Of a DNA stretch of 64,000 nt, positions 51,301-63,174 are shown in pieces. Position 1 is the stretch's first letter; each line of letters starts with the position of its first letter. The position numbers and the translations under genes were made by a program. The DNA comes from Ascidiella aspersa. Lineage: Eukaryota. The notes beneath the pieces are model-generated. The model made no database searches. It had not been told where the DNA came from and saw only the letters and a program-made list of their open reading frames with translations. Location: NCBI GenBank assembly GCA_963924565.1, contig OZ004612.1, positions 14,570,001-14,634,000 of the forward strand. Direction: 5' to 3'.

Positions 51301-54300
51301 CATTTCATTAGACGTTTTTGTTGTAGGATGTAGATTAAATTCATAAAATATTTAATTACTCCCGGTGATTATTTTTGTACATCAATTCTGCCACAGTAGT
51401 TGGTCGTCAGTCAATACACGCTTGCTGGCTTGCTTAACACCAGCCAACGAAAATGTGTGGACTTGTAATCAGACTCAGATATCCCCATTGAAGAAGTAGG
51501 GAAGATTCATCGGGCAAAAGACAATTAATGAGAACTCATAATCAACCCACTTTCTTCAAACTAAACTCGAAATTTTCTCTGATTCACATTTCTTTCTCCG
51601 ATTTTCACAATTCTTTCTTTGATAGTATGCACGATGTTTAAAATTTACATAAAAACAAATACATTCCCTTTTTATTATTACAAATTGTGATTTCTTAAAA
51701 ACAAATATTGTAAATAGGGTCCCAAACCCAATGCTGATTCTTAAATTTATCATATTGTGAAAAAACATCATAATGTGAAAAAGGCCTCTGGTAAATAAAA
51801 TTGCTGCCTTGATCATACTTATTGTTTACATTTTTATGTTTTTTGCTCGTAAATACATTTTTATTTATTTGTAAATAAACTTTCAGAGGTTTAAGATTAT
51901 TTATTGTAAGTGCTTGCTGTTTCCCCCTTACTATGTGCACTAAGCAGTGTAACCATTAGGGACAACAACATTTAACCCTATGACTTTTAAAAGATTGAAG
52001 TCATTTATAGACAGACTTGAGTTCACAGTTGTTTTTTCCTGCACTTCAGGCGATTGAGCTGGTGATAAGAGCAGAGGAGAACTTGCCCAACACTCAAACA
52101 CCTGAACCACATCGAAGAGCAAATCCTCGAGCACCAATCGTGGAAGTCTGCTTCCCCCTTGTGGCAGGCTCTCGAGCTGGTGGGCGGGGTGGCACCGCAG
52201 TGCGAAGAAGTGAGAATTTTTTATTAAACATTTATTTTCGTTTTATTTTTTTGAATTATTTTTTTTAAGGATATTAAACACTTTTAACTGGGTGATTTTA
52301 CTCACGAGCCACGTTTTGTAAGCGAGCCAAGTAGGGGTTTAGTTTAAAAGTTCGATTTTATTCCGATACCATAATCTAAAATTTTGAACAAAAAGTACGA
52401 CTCGATACCTAATCACGTCGTTTTAATGGCCAACAAAGCAATATTGATAAAATTCAAGGTGTAAACCTATTTTGTTTTTCGCTAAAAGAAAAAACTTTAG
52501 CATCGCAAACTGAGATTAAAACGCACCCCAGTGTCTCACTAGGCAGCGGCTCCGATCAGATATAATCCCTAACACCGAGTCGAATGACCAACGATCACAA
52601 CCAAATTGTCGCTTCGCAGGTCAATCACCCACAGCACATCGAAAACAACGGCAGGCTTACGGCGGGTGGAACTGGCGGACCCAGTCGGCTACGTTAGCCC
52701 ACTTAAGGCGGTTCTACAGTGCGAAGTCAAGATTAAGACTTCGCGATCGGAGAGTGGCTTCGATTCAGTTCCCCGTCCCCCGATTCGGCCAAGCGCCGTC
52801 TTATCACCATTCCGTCCGAGCACGGCTCCGCGACTACCGCTGCCGGCTCGCCCCAGGTTATTTCAGTGTTCCTGCAGTGCTTAATTATGTTTAGATTTTA
52901 TTTTTCATATATTGATTGCAAAATATTTTTTTCACGCTTTTCAAACTAGGCTAAACTCTGACGCGATATAGCCTAACTTCAATCTTTAAATACAAGTTCT
53001 GACGTCGTGACGTCATGCCGGATTGAACCGCGGTTTTGACTGGTTTGAGTTCGGTTGAGTCATTTATTTAAAATATTTTCGGTTCAACTCCTTAAATACT
53101 TGCAAAATATAGTTAGGATTTGTTTACGTTTAGACAAAATTACCTTGGTTGTTCTACACCACGTTCCGCTACCTTCAGCACTGAAGAGTAATTTTGGCAT
53201 AGTTCTAAACAAATCATTTTAAAGTGACCTAGTCCCCGTCAAGTTATTTAAAAGCATAACTTGTAACGTCTGGGGTCATTTAAGATATTATTGAGTATTT
53301 AAGACGTTTATTTGAGTCGTGTTCTTTTCAAAATGTAATGATTGACGATTTTGTAAATCGTGCATCCCTTAACCAAAACATTCCGTCGCTTGCGAACCAA
53401 CCGCTTGGCTTTTTAAAACATGACAAATGTGAAGCGTTGCACATATTTCCGTTACAGATAAAAGTATTTCACCTGTGTGAACACTTACTGTCACGGTTCC
53501 CGGCTGCCAAAAGGGCTCCGGGTTCTGAATCATTTCCGCTTTTCCGTATCGCCCTTTTGTTGTTCATGTAAAATTCTAACTTGTATAAGCAGAAGCGTTA
53601 AGTGAATATAGCGTACACTAGTCTTTTCTAGTTAATACAGTAAACGGTTGCTGCTGCCGGCTAGTCCAGTAACCCAGAAGCAAAAGGTCGAGTGGTTGTT
53701 TTCTGAGCTAAGGCTTAATACGAAGCAGAAGATGAACAATTCTATATGAATGCAGCATCTACCTTGAAGTAGTAGTGAGGTTGATACACCGAGGCACAAA
53801 CAATTAATGATTCTTATAATCTACCTACGTTGCTTCAAACTTATCTAAAAGTCAAGGGTTTTGCAAAAAATATTAAGTCAAGTCGATATTTAGAGCAAGT
53901 CAACTTTAAGCCCATAAGACCTAACATGAAGTCAAGTCATTTAAGAACAGTGACTTAAGTGCACTATATTTGAATAAGATATTACAACACTGTCATTTAA
54001 TCCCGTTTTCATTTGAGGTTTAGCCAAAACATGGCTTCGCAACGACCTTTCTTCTATAGCAGAACAACAATCACTTTTAAATTGGAATTTACCAAATTTG
54101 TTCTCGGCTTAAGGTGCCCCACTGTCATCGGAAGATTTTAATTTATTTTTTAACAGCAGTAATCATTGTCTCTACTTGTCCTTGACATGGTTATTAAATG
54201 CAAGTAAATGAAATGCGAAATGTTAATTTACAACGTTTGAGAAGGAAATTGCTAAAGTTTACTAATATTGAGACGTTTCACATTTAAGAAAAAGAATGAG

Positions 54301-54501
54301 ACATATGAGTTCGAAATACTAGTGGACATAAACAAACAAAAAACAGAATGATCTTTTTCATTATTTTTTTTTTCGACTAAAGTTAGTTTATACAGGTTTA
54401 TAGCCGAAAGTCACATGACATTTTTGCAAAGCATGAACAAGATGGAGAAGCAATTGATTTTGGTGAGCAATATCTTTGTTCCATCATTTCTGCTTTGTTG
54501 A

Positions 54502-56728
54502 TTATTTAGCTGGGGAAATCCATATCTCGTTGTGGCGAAAGAGCAGTTTCATTGGGCTGTCATATCCAGCATACCACAATACATCTGTTTGCAGTTGATC
54601 TTTTGAGATGTTATTTTTTTCCAATTCTTTCATTAAATCATTGCCATGTTGAATCATGTCACTGTCGCTAGCATAGCCGCTAAATTTTCTGAAATGCAAA
54701 AATCATGCTGAATTATACAGAATACCAGCAAATTATATTGGCTTACAATGAAATTGCATTTCTGCACAGAAGCACATACTACAACAATAAAATTAAATAG
54801 GTAGGCTATATACATCGAAGAAAAAAAATCATATATAAGCAGGACTAACTTGACATAGAACACAGAAGAAGGACGCTGTTCAATTTTCACAAGAGGGTCA
54901 TTTGGCGTTGGAACATTGTGTTGGTGCTTGTGCGGAATAAAGAACGACATGACAAATTTGCGTTTGCAGACCAAACAGTCATTGGCATCCATTTCTACAG
55001 TCACTGGGATAGTCATGTCCAATTCAACACCTGGCCAATAAAACAAAATATGGTTCAGTTCTTCCTATAATCAAAAACAAAGGTTAAACTATAGGAAAAT
55101 GCGAAACCAAAGTTTTGTTAAAAATTATTATGTATTTAAGGCTTAACAGTGACATAATAAAACTAGGTCTTTAAGACTTTAATTAGTTTTGCAGTTAAAT
55201 AGTGTGGACATGGAGCAATGATCATGCTTATATACTTATAAAATAACAAAATACTATCTTTGGCCTAAAATTTTACAGGGTTTCTATAGGTTAAAACTTC
55301 ACAAACTTAACAAACACACTTATTGTATAATTGTATGGCCTGTTTTGGGACATTTTATTAAAACATCCTGTTGCATGCTAATCAAACAGATTTTTAAAAA
55401 ACATAATTTTTAGACTTTTTATACTGTTTGCGTATTTTTTAGGAAAACTTAGATTCTTTGAATATTAAAGTAAACTTTAATTTTAAGTAAAACACACATG
55501 TATTTTGTGATTGATTGACATTTAATTCGTTAAATTGCAGAGGGTATGTTTAATAAATACTGATAAGCGGACAGAGCACACATTTTTTGAGACTTCTGAA
55601 CAAGAGCTGAATGTTCTTCTGGCATATTAGGATACCATAGCAACAGTAAAACTAGTAACTTAGATGCAATTCCATGTATGAGGCTATTTACACAATTTAA
55701 TGAACGACAAAATTTATATATATTAATAATAATAACTATTTTTAACAAAATACAACAAACCTTCTCTGTTATTCCCAGAAATGTATTCAAAAAGTCTCAT
55801 AAATGTGTCACTCCGTATTTCATCATAATTCAATGCATGAACAGTTGTGCTGACCCAGTTTGCAGCAAGATAACTTCGTTCCTCATATGAACCATTCTAA
55901 GGAAAATGGAAATATATTATTAAAAAATAGACATGTGATGTTAATTACACCTGAAACTATTTTAGATAAAAACCTTTAGAAAATTGCAACTTAAAGCAAT
56001 TAAAAAAGTATTAGGAATATGGTGTATGCTATAGTTAACAAGAAATTTAATGATTCAGTCTAGGGTTCCTTTCCGGGAATGTTTAGACAAGAAATTCCCG
56101 GGATTTCCCGCGAATTAACAATCCCGAATCCCGGGAGACTTTTATTTGAATCCCGGGTGTTCAGCAACATAGCAAAACTTGTTCAGCAACATAGCAAAAA
56201 CACAACAAAAATTGTTGTTTTTAACTGATATAAAGAAAAAAAATATTATAAACCCTGTTAAAGTCGTTGCCTAAGTTGCATTAGTTGCGTTTACTAGCGC
56301 AAAAAACTTTAAAATTATTCTCCCAAAAAAATGCGCTTTTTGGAAATAAAAACAAATAAGGGTGCTGACTTTAATACAAGAAGGTCTTGTAAAATGCAGA
56401 AGCAAAACTAAAAAACATAAATGAGATGAAAAATAATTTTAAACGCTAATATAATATAATTTTAAACGTCATAATGACGTAATTTTAGGTATAATTTTTT
56501 CTTCGCGAACCCCCGGATTCCCGGGAATTTTCATTTTTCAATCCCGTTTCCCGCTACTGAAAAAATCCGGGAAAAAGAGGAACCTTTATTCAGTCATGGC
56601 TGCAGAAACATATCTTAATGTCAGATGCTTACCGTAGGTATTGATGTATAACTTGGAGTATCATAGTCACCAAATATGCTTCTTGCAAAAGATAACATCA
56701 GCAACAATAAGAATCCTGCTGAATGCAT
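54502..56728 (-). CDS. Secreted SOUL/heme-binding protein, copy B, 4 exons, 199 aa
   Basis: Exons 56728-56633, 55896-55761, 55030-54850, 54688-54502; same exon lengths and SOUL motifs as copy A. Confidence 0.92.
56061..56587. mobile_element. hAT MITE in intron 1 of SOUL copy B
   Basis: TAGGGTTCCT...AGGAACCTTT termini, CCCGGG-rich subtermini, 8-bp TSD ATTCAGTC; empty site in copies A and C. Confidence 0.88.
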
Positions 56729-56865
56729 TTCTTTGACTACTAAATAACAAAATATGGAATTGAATTCAACTTTTTAAATACTTAGTGTACTGTAGATCAG
56801 GCAGCTAATCCAAACGCAAAGATTCGGCTTTGAAACTTTGGTATCAAATTAGGTAAAATATGTTT

Positions 56866-57250
56866 TCCAAAGGGAAGAACGCAGCTCAGAAAAAACATTT
56901 TTGTCCGATTTGATATTATCGACATTGATGAATTTTTGAAAAAATACTAAATAACTTATCCCTGAAAAATTGGCGGTCGGGTCATATCTCATTTTGTAAG
57001 AGTAGAATCGTAGCTGTCACCCTATGAAAGTAACTTAGGGCACATTTTAATTTGATGGCCGAATATGACTGCATGAATATTAATATTCATAAATATAATA
57101 TTAATATTTTAATGTTTGTTTTTTAAAAAGTCTGCTGATTGCTGGTTAGCTTAGGTTGCTTTGAGTAATGTGTAAAAAATTTAGATCAATATACTGTTTA
57201 CTTCCGGAGATATTACGCAAAGAATTTTGAGCTGCGTTCTTCCCTTTGGT
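56866..57250. mobile_element. TIR element with 9-bp TSD (Mutator-like) upstream of SOUL copy B
   Basis: TIR CCAAAGGGAAGAACGCAGCTCA / TGAGCTGCGTTCTTCCCTTTGG; TSD AATATGTTT; empty site in copy C (~61076). Confidence 0.88.
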
Positions 57251-58115
57251 AATATGTTTGCTATTTGATTAACGTCTGAAGATACATCAAAATAGGCCTT
57301 ACAAAATACCTGTCTATACAGAAGCTAAATATGTAGGGTATCAGTATCACTATTTGAATTTAAGGCATGTTATCTTATCTCACATAGACCTTGAAGGTAA
57401 GGCTATTTATATATACTTGTTGTATACAGCAGATTACAATTCGCACAGCAGTCGGCAGTTCAACGTTATTTTGGGCTTTGCGGGTAGTAAGCCAAGCATT
57501 ATAAATTTTCTTTGCAATCTGCATTTTTTTGCTATAGCTTATTAACCCATGACTTAATGTTAAATCCATCTAATATTACATAACAAAAAAAATGTCTTAT
57601 ATAACCGACGAAAATGTTAATCCGTCCCAGTCCCACTATGTTCAAAGTTGAACAGCATAGAAACCTTAAATCACATAAACAACATAAAAACAAATTTGTT
57701 AAAAGCAGTACAAAAATCTTGGCAGTATAAAATTCTCTTGTGCCATTCGTCCAGGTGATATTGATTAGACTAAACTAAAATATATACGTTTTGCTCGACA
57801 GCAAAGTATTAAACTTCAAATTGTGCTCTCCAGTAAAAGTCGAATTCAAAAAAGGTTGGCCAGAAACTAAACCCGAAATGTTATTCACATTTCTTTCTCT
57901 GATTTTCACATTTCTTTGTCTGATAGTACCCGAGAATTTCGTCTGAAAATGTGTTCAATCCGCAAAGTAACTCATGTGATGCACGATGTTTTAAATTTAC
58001 CTAAAAACAAACGTATTCCCTTTTTATTATTACAATTGTTATTTCTTAAAAACAAATATTGTAAAAGGGTCCCAAACCTAATGATTCTTAAATTTATCAT
58101 ATTGTGAAAAAAAAA

Positions 58116-58285
58116 CAGGGAGTCGAATCGTTTAACTTTCCCGGTTCAGGTTCGGTTCGGGTTGAAGGATTTTTTCGGAATCCGGTTTCGAGCAATTTAA
58201 AAGTTCCGATTCAGCTCCGGTTCGACAAAATTTCTTTTCAAAACCGGTTTATAAAGTTCCGGTTCGGTTCCGGTCCGACTCCCCA
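58116..58285. mobile_element. Short GGTTC(C/G)-repeat MITE
   Basis: CAGGGAGTCG...CGACTCCCC ends; absent from the paralogous units. Confidence 0.7.
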
Positions 58286-59028
58286 GGCCTCTGGTAAATG
58301 AAATTGTTGCCTTGATCGTACTTATTGTTTACTATGTTTTTTGCTCTTAAATACATTTTATTTATTTGTAAATAAACGTTAGCGGTTTAAGATTCTTTAT
58401 TGTAAGTGCTTAAACATGGCGTCACAACGACCTTTTTTCTATCGCATAACAACAATCACATTTAAATTGATTTCCTTAAACAATTTATTCAAGTGCCCCA
58501 TTGTGATCGGAAGATTTTGATTTATTTTTTAACAGCAGCAATCATTATCTCTACTTGCCCTGTCATTTTTTTTGTTGTTGCCATGGCTTCATCGTTATGC
58601 TTGACGCAAGTAAATTAAATGCGAATTGTTTATTTACAACGTTTGAGAAGGTAATTGCTAAAGTTTACTAATACTGAGACGTTTTACATTTAAGAAAAAG
58701 AATGAGACATATGAGTTCAAAATAACAGTGAACATAAACAAACAAAAAACAGAATGAACTTTTTCATTTATGGGCAAAAATTTTCATGTTATGTTAAATT
58801 TAAAAAAAATGCTTCTAGCTTATATATGCTATATTTACAATGACCAATTTGGCAGGTGATATAATAATGTGTGAATATTATTCATTTTTTTTAATGACAA
58901 CGAATAAAGTCAGTTTATATAGGTGTATAACCAAAAGTCACATGATATTTTTGCAAAGCATGAATAATATTGAGAAGCAATTGATTTTGGTTGGAAATAT
59001 CTTTGTTCCATCATTTCTGCTTTGTTGA

Positions 59029-60951
59029 TCATTTAGCTGGGGAAATCCATATCTCGTTGTGGCGAAATAGCAGTTTCATAGGGCTGTCATATCCAGCATA
59101 CCACAATACATTTGTTTGCAGTTGATCTTTTGAGATGTTATTTTTTTCCAATTCATTCATTAAATCATTGCCATGTTGAATCATATCATTGTAGTTAGCA
59201 TAGCCGCTAAATTTTCTGAAATGCAAAAAATCATGCTGAATTGTGAATACCAGCAAATTATATTGGCTTACAATGAAATTGTAACTGATTGCATTTCTGC
59301 ACAGAAGCACATACTACAACAATAAAATTAAATAGGTAGGCTATATACATCGAAGAAAAAAATCATATATAAACAGGACTAACTTGACATAGAATACAGA
59401 AGAAGGACGCTGTTCAATTTTCACAAGAGGGTCCTTTGGGGTTGGAACACTGTGCTGGTGCTTGTCCGGAATAAAGAACGACATGACAAATTTGCGTTTG
59501 CAGACCAAACACTCGCTGGCATCCATTTCTACAGTCACTGGAATAGTCATGTCCAACTTAACACCTGGCCAATAAAGTAAAACATGGTTCAGTTCTTCCT
59601 ATAATCCAAAATTAATAAATATAATATAGGAAAATGCAAAACCAAAGTTTTGTTAAAAATAATCATGTATTTAATTAGTTTGCAGGCTTAACAGTGACAT
59701 AACAAAACTAGGTCTTTTAAACTTCAATTAGTTTTCCAGTTAAACAATGTGGACATGGAGCCATGATTAGCTTGTATATTTTTTAAATTACAAAATACTA
59801 ACTTTGACCTAAAATTTTACAGGATTTCTATAGGCTAAAACTTTACAAACTGAACAAACACACTTATTATATAATTGTTTGGTCTGTTTTGGGACATTTT
59901 ATTAAAACATCCTGTTGCATGCTAATCAAACGGATTTTTAAAAACATAATTTTTAGACCTTTTTTATACTGTTTGTGTATTTTTTAGGAAAACTTAGAAT
60001 CTTTAAATATTAAAGTAAACTTTTAATTTCAAGCAAAACACACATGTCTTTTGTGATTGATTGACATTTAATTTGTTAAATTGCAGAGGATATTTTAATA
60101 AATACTGTCAAGCTGTAACAGCACAAATGTTTTGAAGCGTCTGAACCCTGACTGCATTCTATAATTTGTGGCCGCCAAAGATTCACGCCAAATGCTTTTT
60201 TGGCTGAAATACTACGCCAAAAATGACAATTTTGTTTTAGTAAATTCACATGGCCTGTGATGTTTCAGGCCAAATAATGTCACTGGTATGATTTTGGGCA
60301 AGTATTCCATACCGAAGATGCCTGGTGGGAAGGCACTCGAATGTAATTGGGGTCTGAATAAGAGCTGAATGTTCTTCTGGGATATTAGGATGCCATGTAG
60401 CAAAAGTAAAACTAGTAAGATGCAATTCCATGTATGGCGCTATTTACACAATTTCATAAACGACAAAAGTTATATATATATATATATAATATTATAATAA
60501 TAACAGCTATTCTTAACAAAATACTACAAACCTTCTCTGTTATCCCCAGAAATGTATTTAAAAAGTCTCCTAAATGTGTCACTCCGTATTTCATCATAAT
60601 TCAATGCATAAGCAGTTGTGCTGACCCAGTTTGCAGCAGGATAACTTCGTTCCTCATATGAACCATTCTAAGGAAAATGGAAATATATTATAAAAATGGA
60701 CATGTGGTGTTAATTACACCTGGAACTATCTTTATATTGAACCCAATTTTAAAGCAATTAAGAAAATATTTTGAATATGGTGTATGCTATAGTTAACAAG
60801 AAATTTAATGATTCATTCATGGCTGCAGAAACATATCTTAATGTCAGATGCTTACCGTAGGTATTGATGTATAACTTGGAGTATCATAGTCACCAAATAT
60901 GCTTCTTGCAAAAGATAACATCAGCAACAATAAGAATCCTGCTGAATGCAT
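59029..60951 (-). CDS. Secreted SOUL/heme-binding protein, copy C, 4 exons, 199 aa
   Basis: Exons 60951-60856, 60667-60532, 59564-59384, 59215-59029; intact reading frame and splice sites. Confidence 0.92.
60146..60351. mobile_element. Small TIR element in intron 2 of SOUL copy C
   Basis: CCCTGACTGCATTC / GAATGTAATTGGG ends; direct repeat GTCTGAA; empty site in copies A and B. Confidence 0.75.
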
Positions 60952-62223
60952 TTGTTTGACTACAAAATAACAAAATTCGGAATTGAATTCATATCTTTAA
61001 GTACTTACTGAAGATCTGGCAGTTAATCCAAACGAAAAGATTCTGCTTTGAAACTTTGGTATCAAATTAGGTCAAATATGTTTGCTATTCGGTTAACGGC
61101 TGAAGATACAATGAAAAAGGCCTTACAAAATACCTGTCAATACAGAAGCTAAATATAGGGTACCTGTAACACTATTTAAATTTAAGGCATCTTATCTTAT
61201 ATCACATAGACCTTGAAGGTAGACTATTTTCCTGATTTACTTGTTGTATACAGCAGATTAAAATTCTCACAGCACTCAGCAGTTCAACGTTATTTTGGGA
61301 CATTTAGCTTTGCAGATATCAAGCCAAGCATTTTAAATTTTCTTTGCAATTTACAAATTTTTTGCTATAGTTTAACCCCTGACCTTAATCCATCAAGTAT
61401 TACATAACAAAACAACTGTGTTATATAACCGACAAAGATGTTAGAACGTCAAATATGTTCATTGTTCACAGTTGAACAGCATAGAAACCTTAAATCACGT
61501 AAACAACATAAAATTAAATTTGTTAAAAGTAGCGTAAAAATCTTGGCAGTTTAAAATTCTGTTGCGCCGTTCGACCAGGTAATATTGATAAGACTAAACT
61601 AAAATGTATACTTTTTGCTCGACAGCAAAGTATTAAACTTTTTGCGCTCTTCGGTCAAAGTCGAATTTCAAAAAGGTTAGCCAGCAGCTAAACTCGAAAT
61701 CAATTCCACATTTCTTTCTCTGATTGTACTCGAAAATTTCATCTGTGAATGTGATCAACCCGAAGAGTAACTCCTGTGATGCACGATTTTTTAAATTTAC
61801 CTGAAAACGAATGTATTCCCTTTTCATTATTACAAATTGCATTTCTTAAAAACAATATTGTAAATAGGGTCCCCAACCCAATGCTAATTCTTAAATCAAA
61901 AAAAAAAACATCATAATGTGAAAAAAGCCTCTGGTAAATAAAATTGCTGCCTTGATCATACTCGTTGTTTACATTCTTTATGTTTTTTGCTCGTAAATAC
62001 ATTTTATTTATTTGTAAATAAACTTTTAGCGGTTTAAGATTCTTGATTGTAAGTGCTTAAAACATGTCTTCACAACGACCTTTCTTCTATCGCAGAACAA
62101 CAATCACATTTAAATTAATTTCCTTAAACAATTTATTAAGGTGCCCCATTGTGATCGGAAGATTTTAATTTATTTTTTAACAGCAGTAATCGTTGTCTCT
62201 ACTTGCCCTGTAATTGTTTCGTT

Positions 62224-62237
62224 GTTGCCATGGCTTC
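62224..62237 (+). promoter_or_regulatory. Candidate RFX X-box upstream of TEPP
   Basis: GTTGCCATGGCTTC resembles GTTGCCATGGCAAC, ~300 bp upstream of a ciliary/flagellar gene; the second half-site is imperfect. Confidence 0.45.
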
Positions 62238-62541
62238 ATCGTTACGCTTGACATGGTTATTAGATGCAAGTAAATTAAATGCGAATTGTTTATTTACAAC
62301 GTTTGAGAAGGTAATTGCTAAAGTTTACTAATTGTGAGCCGTTTCACATTTAAGAAAAAGAATGAGACAACTTCTATAAAATTAAAATGTATTTAGCCAT
62401 TTTGTTATCTGCCACTAAACAGTTTGCATTATAATGTTCTTCAAATAATATTTGTTACCTATGTTGTGTTTGTACTAGGTTGCTGATTTTAGATGCTAGT
62501 TTATTATAAATTTGGCTTGGGAAAGTAAAATTAAATAAAAA

Positions 62542-63174
62542 ATGGATTCATCAAACAAGCCCCATCCCAATGCCCATCTTCAGTACCATATGAATTACAA
62601 CTATCCCCCATTTCGGAGAGTGATGCTGGCAGCAGTCAAAGAGGGCTTGTATCACCCACGCCTTCCCACACTGAGGCGGATGGATATGGACACTGCCACC
62701 CATATGCTCTCTGATGAGCACTGCAGAACAACAACTACATGTGGACCTAAGGATTTCCAGGACGCCACCAGTAGCGTTTTTCAATCTGCCCGCAAACCGC
62801 TGTCTGGGACCAGAATAACGGAAACAGGCAGATCATTGCAAAAGATTATCCCAAATTACCCAGCTGGAGTTTCCCATACTGCCCCTCCACAAAATCGTTA
62901 CATGCTAAGTCTGACCAAGGGTGACTGGTCCAAATTTATATCAGCCTCTGGAGAGTTTAAATTACCTGAATATGACCCCAAACACTTCAGGTTCAGCGGT
63001 TATGCTGTGCGATATCTTAAACCTCAGGTCAGCCAATCATGGAGATACACTTTACAGCAGGAACCAAAACTAGATCAATATGCCCAGAAGCCAATTCCAG
63101 CTAATGTCTACAGTCGCTACAGAGATACATTCCCGCAATACAGCAGAAACATCTCGGTGGAAGCATGGAGATAG
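62542..63174 (+). CDS. TEPP: Testis, prostate and placenta-expressed protein homologue (sperm/ciliary microtubule inner protein SPMIP8), 210 aa
   Basis: LYHPRLPTLRRMDMDT, DEHCRTTT, DWSKFISASGEFKLP, SGYAVRYLKP, WRY, YAQKPIP match my recollection of vertebrate TEPP motifs; single coding exon. Confidence 0.88.
   Translation: MDSSNKPHPNAHLQYHMNYNYPPFRRVMLAAVKEGLYHPRLPTLRRMDMDTATHMLSDEHCRTTTTCGPKDFQDATSSVFQSARKPLSGTRITETGRSLQKIIPNYPAGVSHTAPPQNRYMLSLTKGDWSKFISASGEFKLPEYDPKHFRFSGYAVRYLKPQVSQSWRYTLQQEPKLDQYAQKPIPANVYSRYRDTFPQYSRNISVEAWR

Larger units (their letters stand above)
47008..62369. repeat. Tandem triplication (units ~47008-54303, 54304-58709, 58710-62369)
   Basis: Colinear homology of exons, introns and intergenic blocks. 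The junction ...aagaatgagaca|tatgagttc... occurs at ~54303 and ~58709; unique flanks lie at ~47008 and ~62369. Confidence 0.88.

Noticed and set aside
52561-52575. CCCTAAC as a telomerase RNA template
   Set aside because: Only 7 nt; I could not find a U-rich pseudoknot, CR4/5 or H/ACA box.
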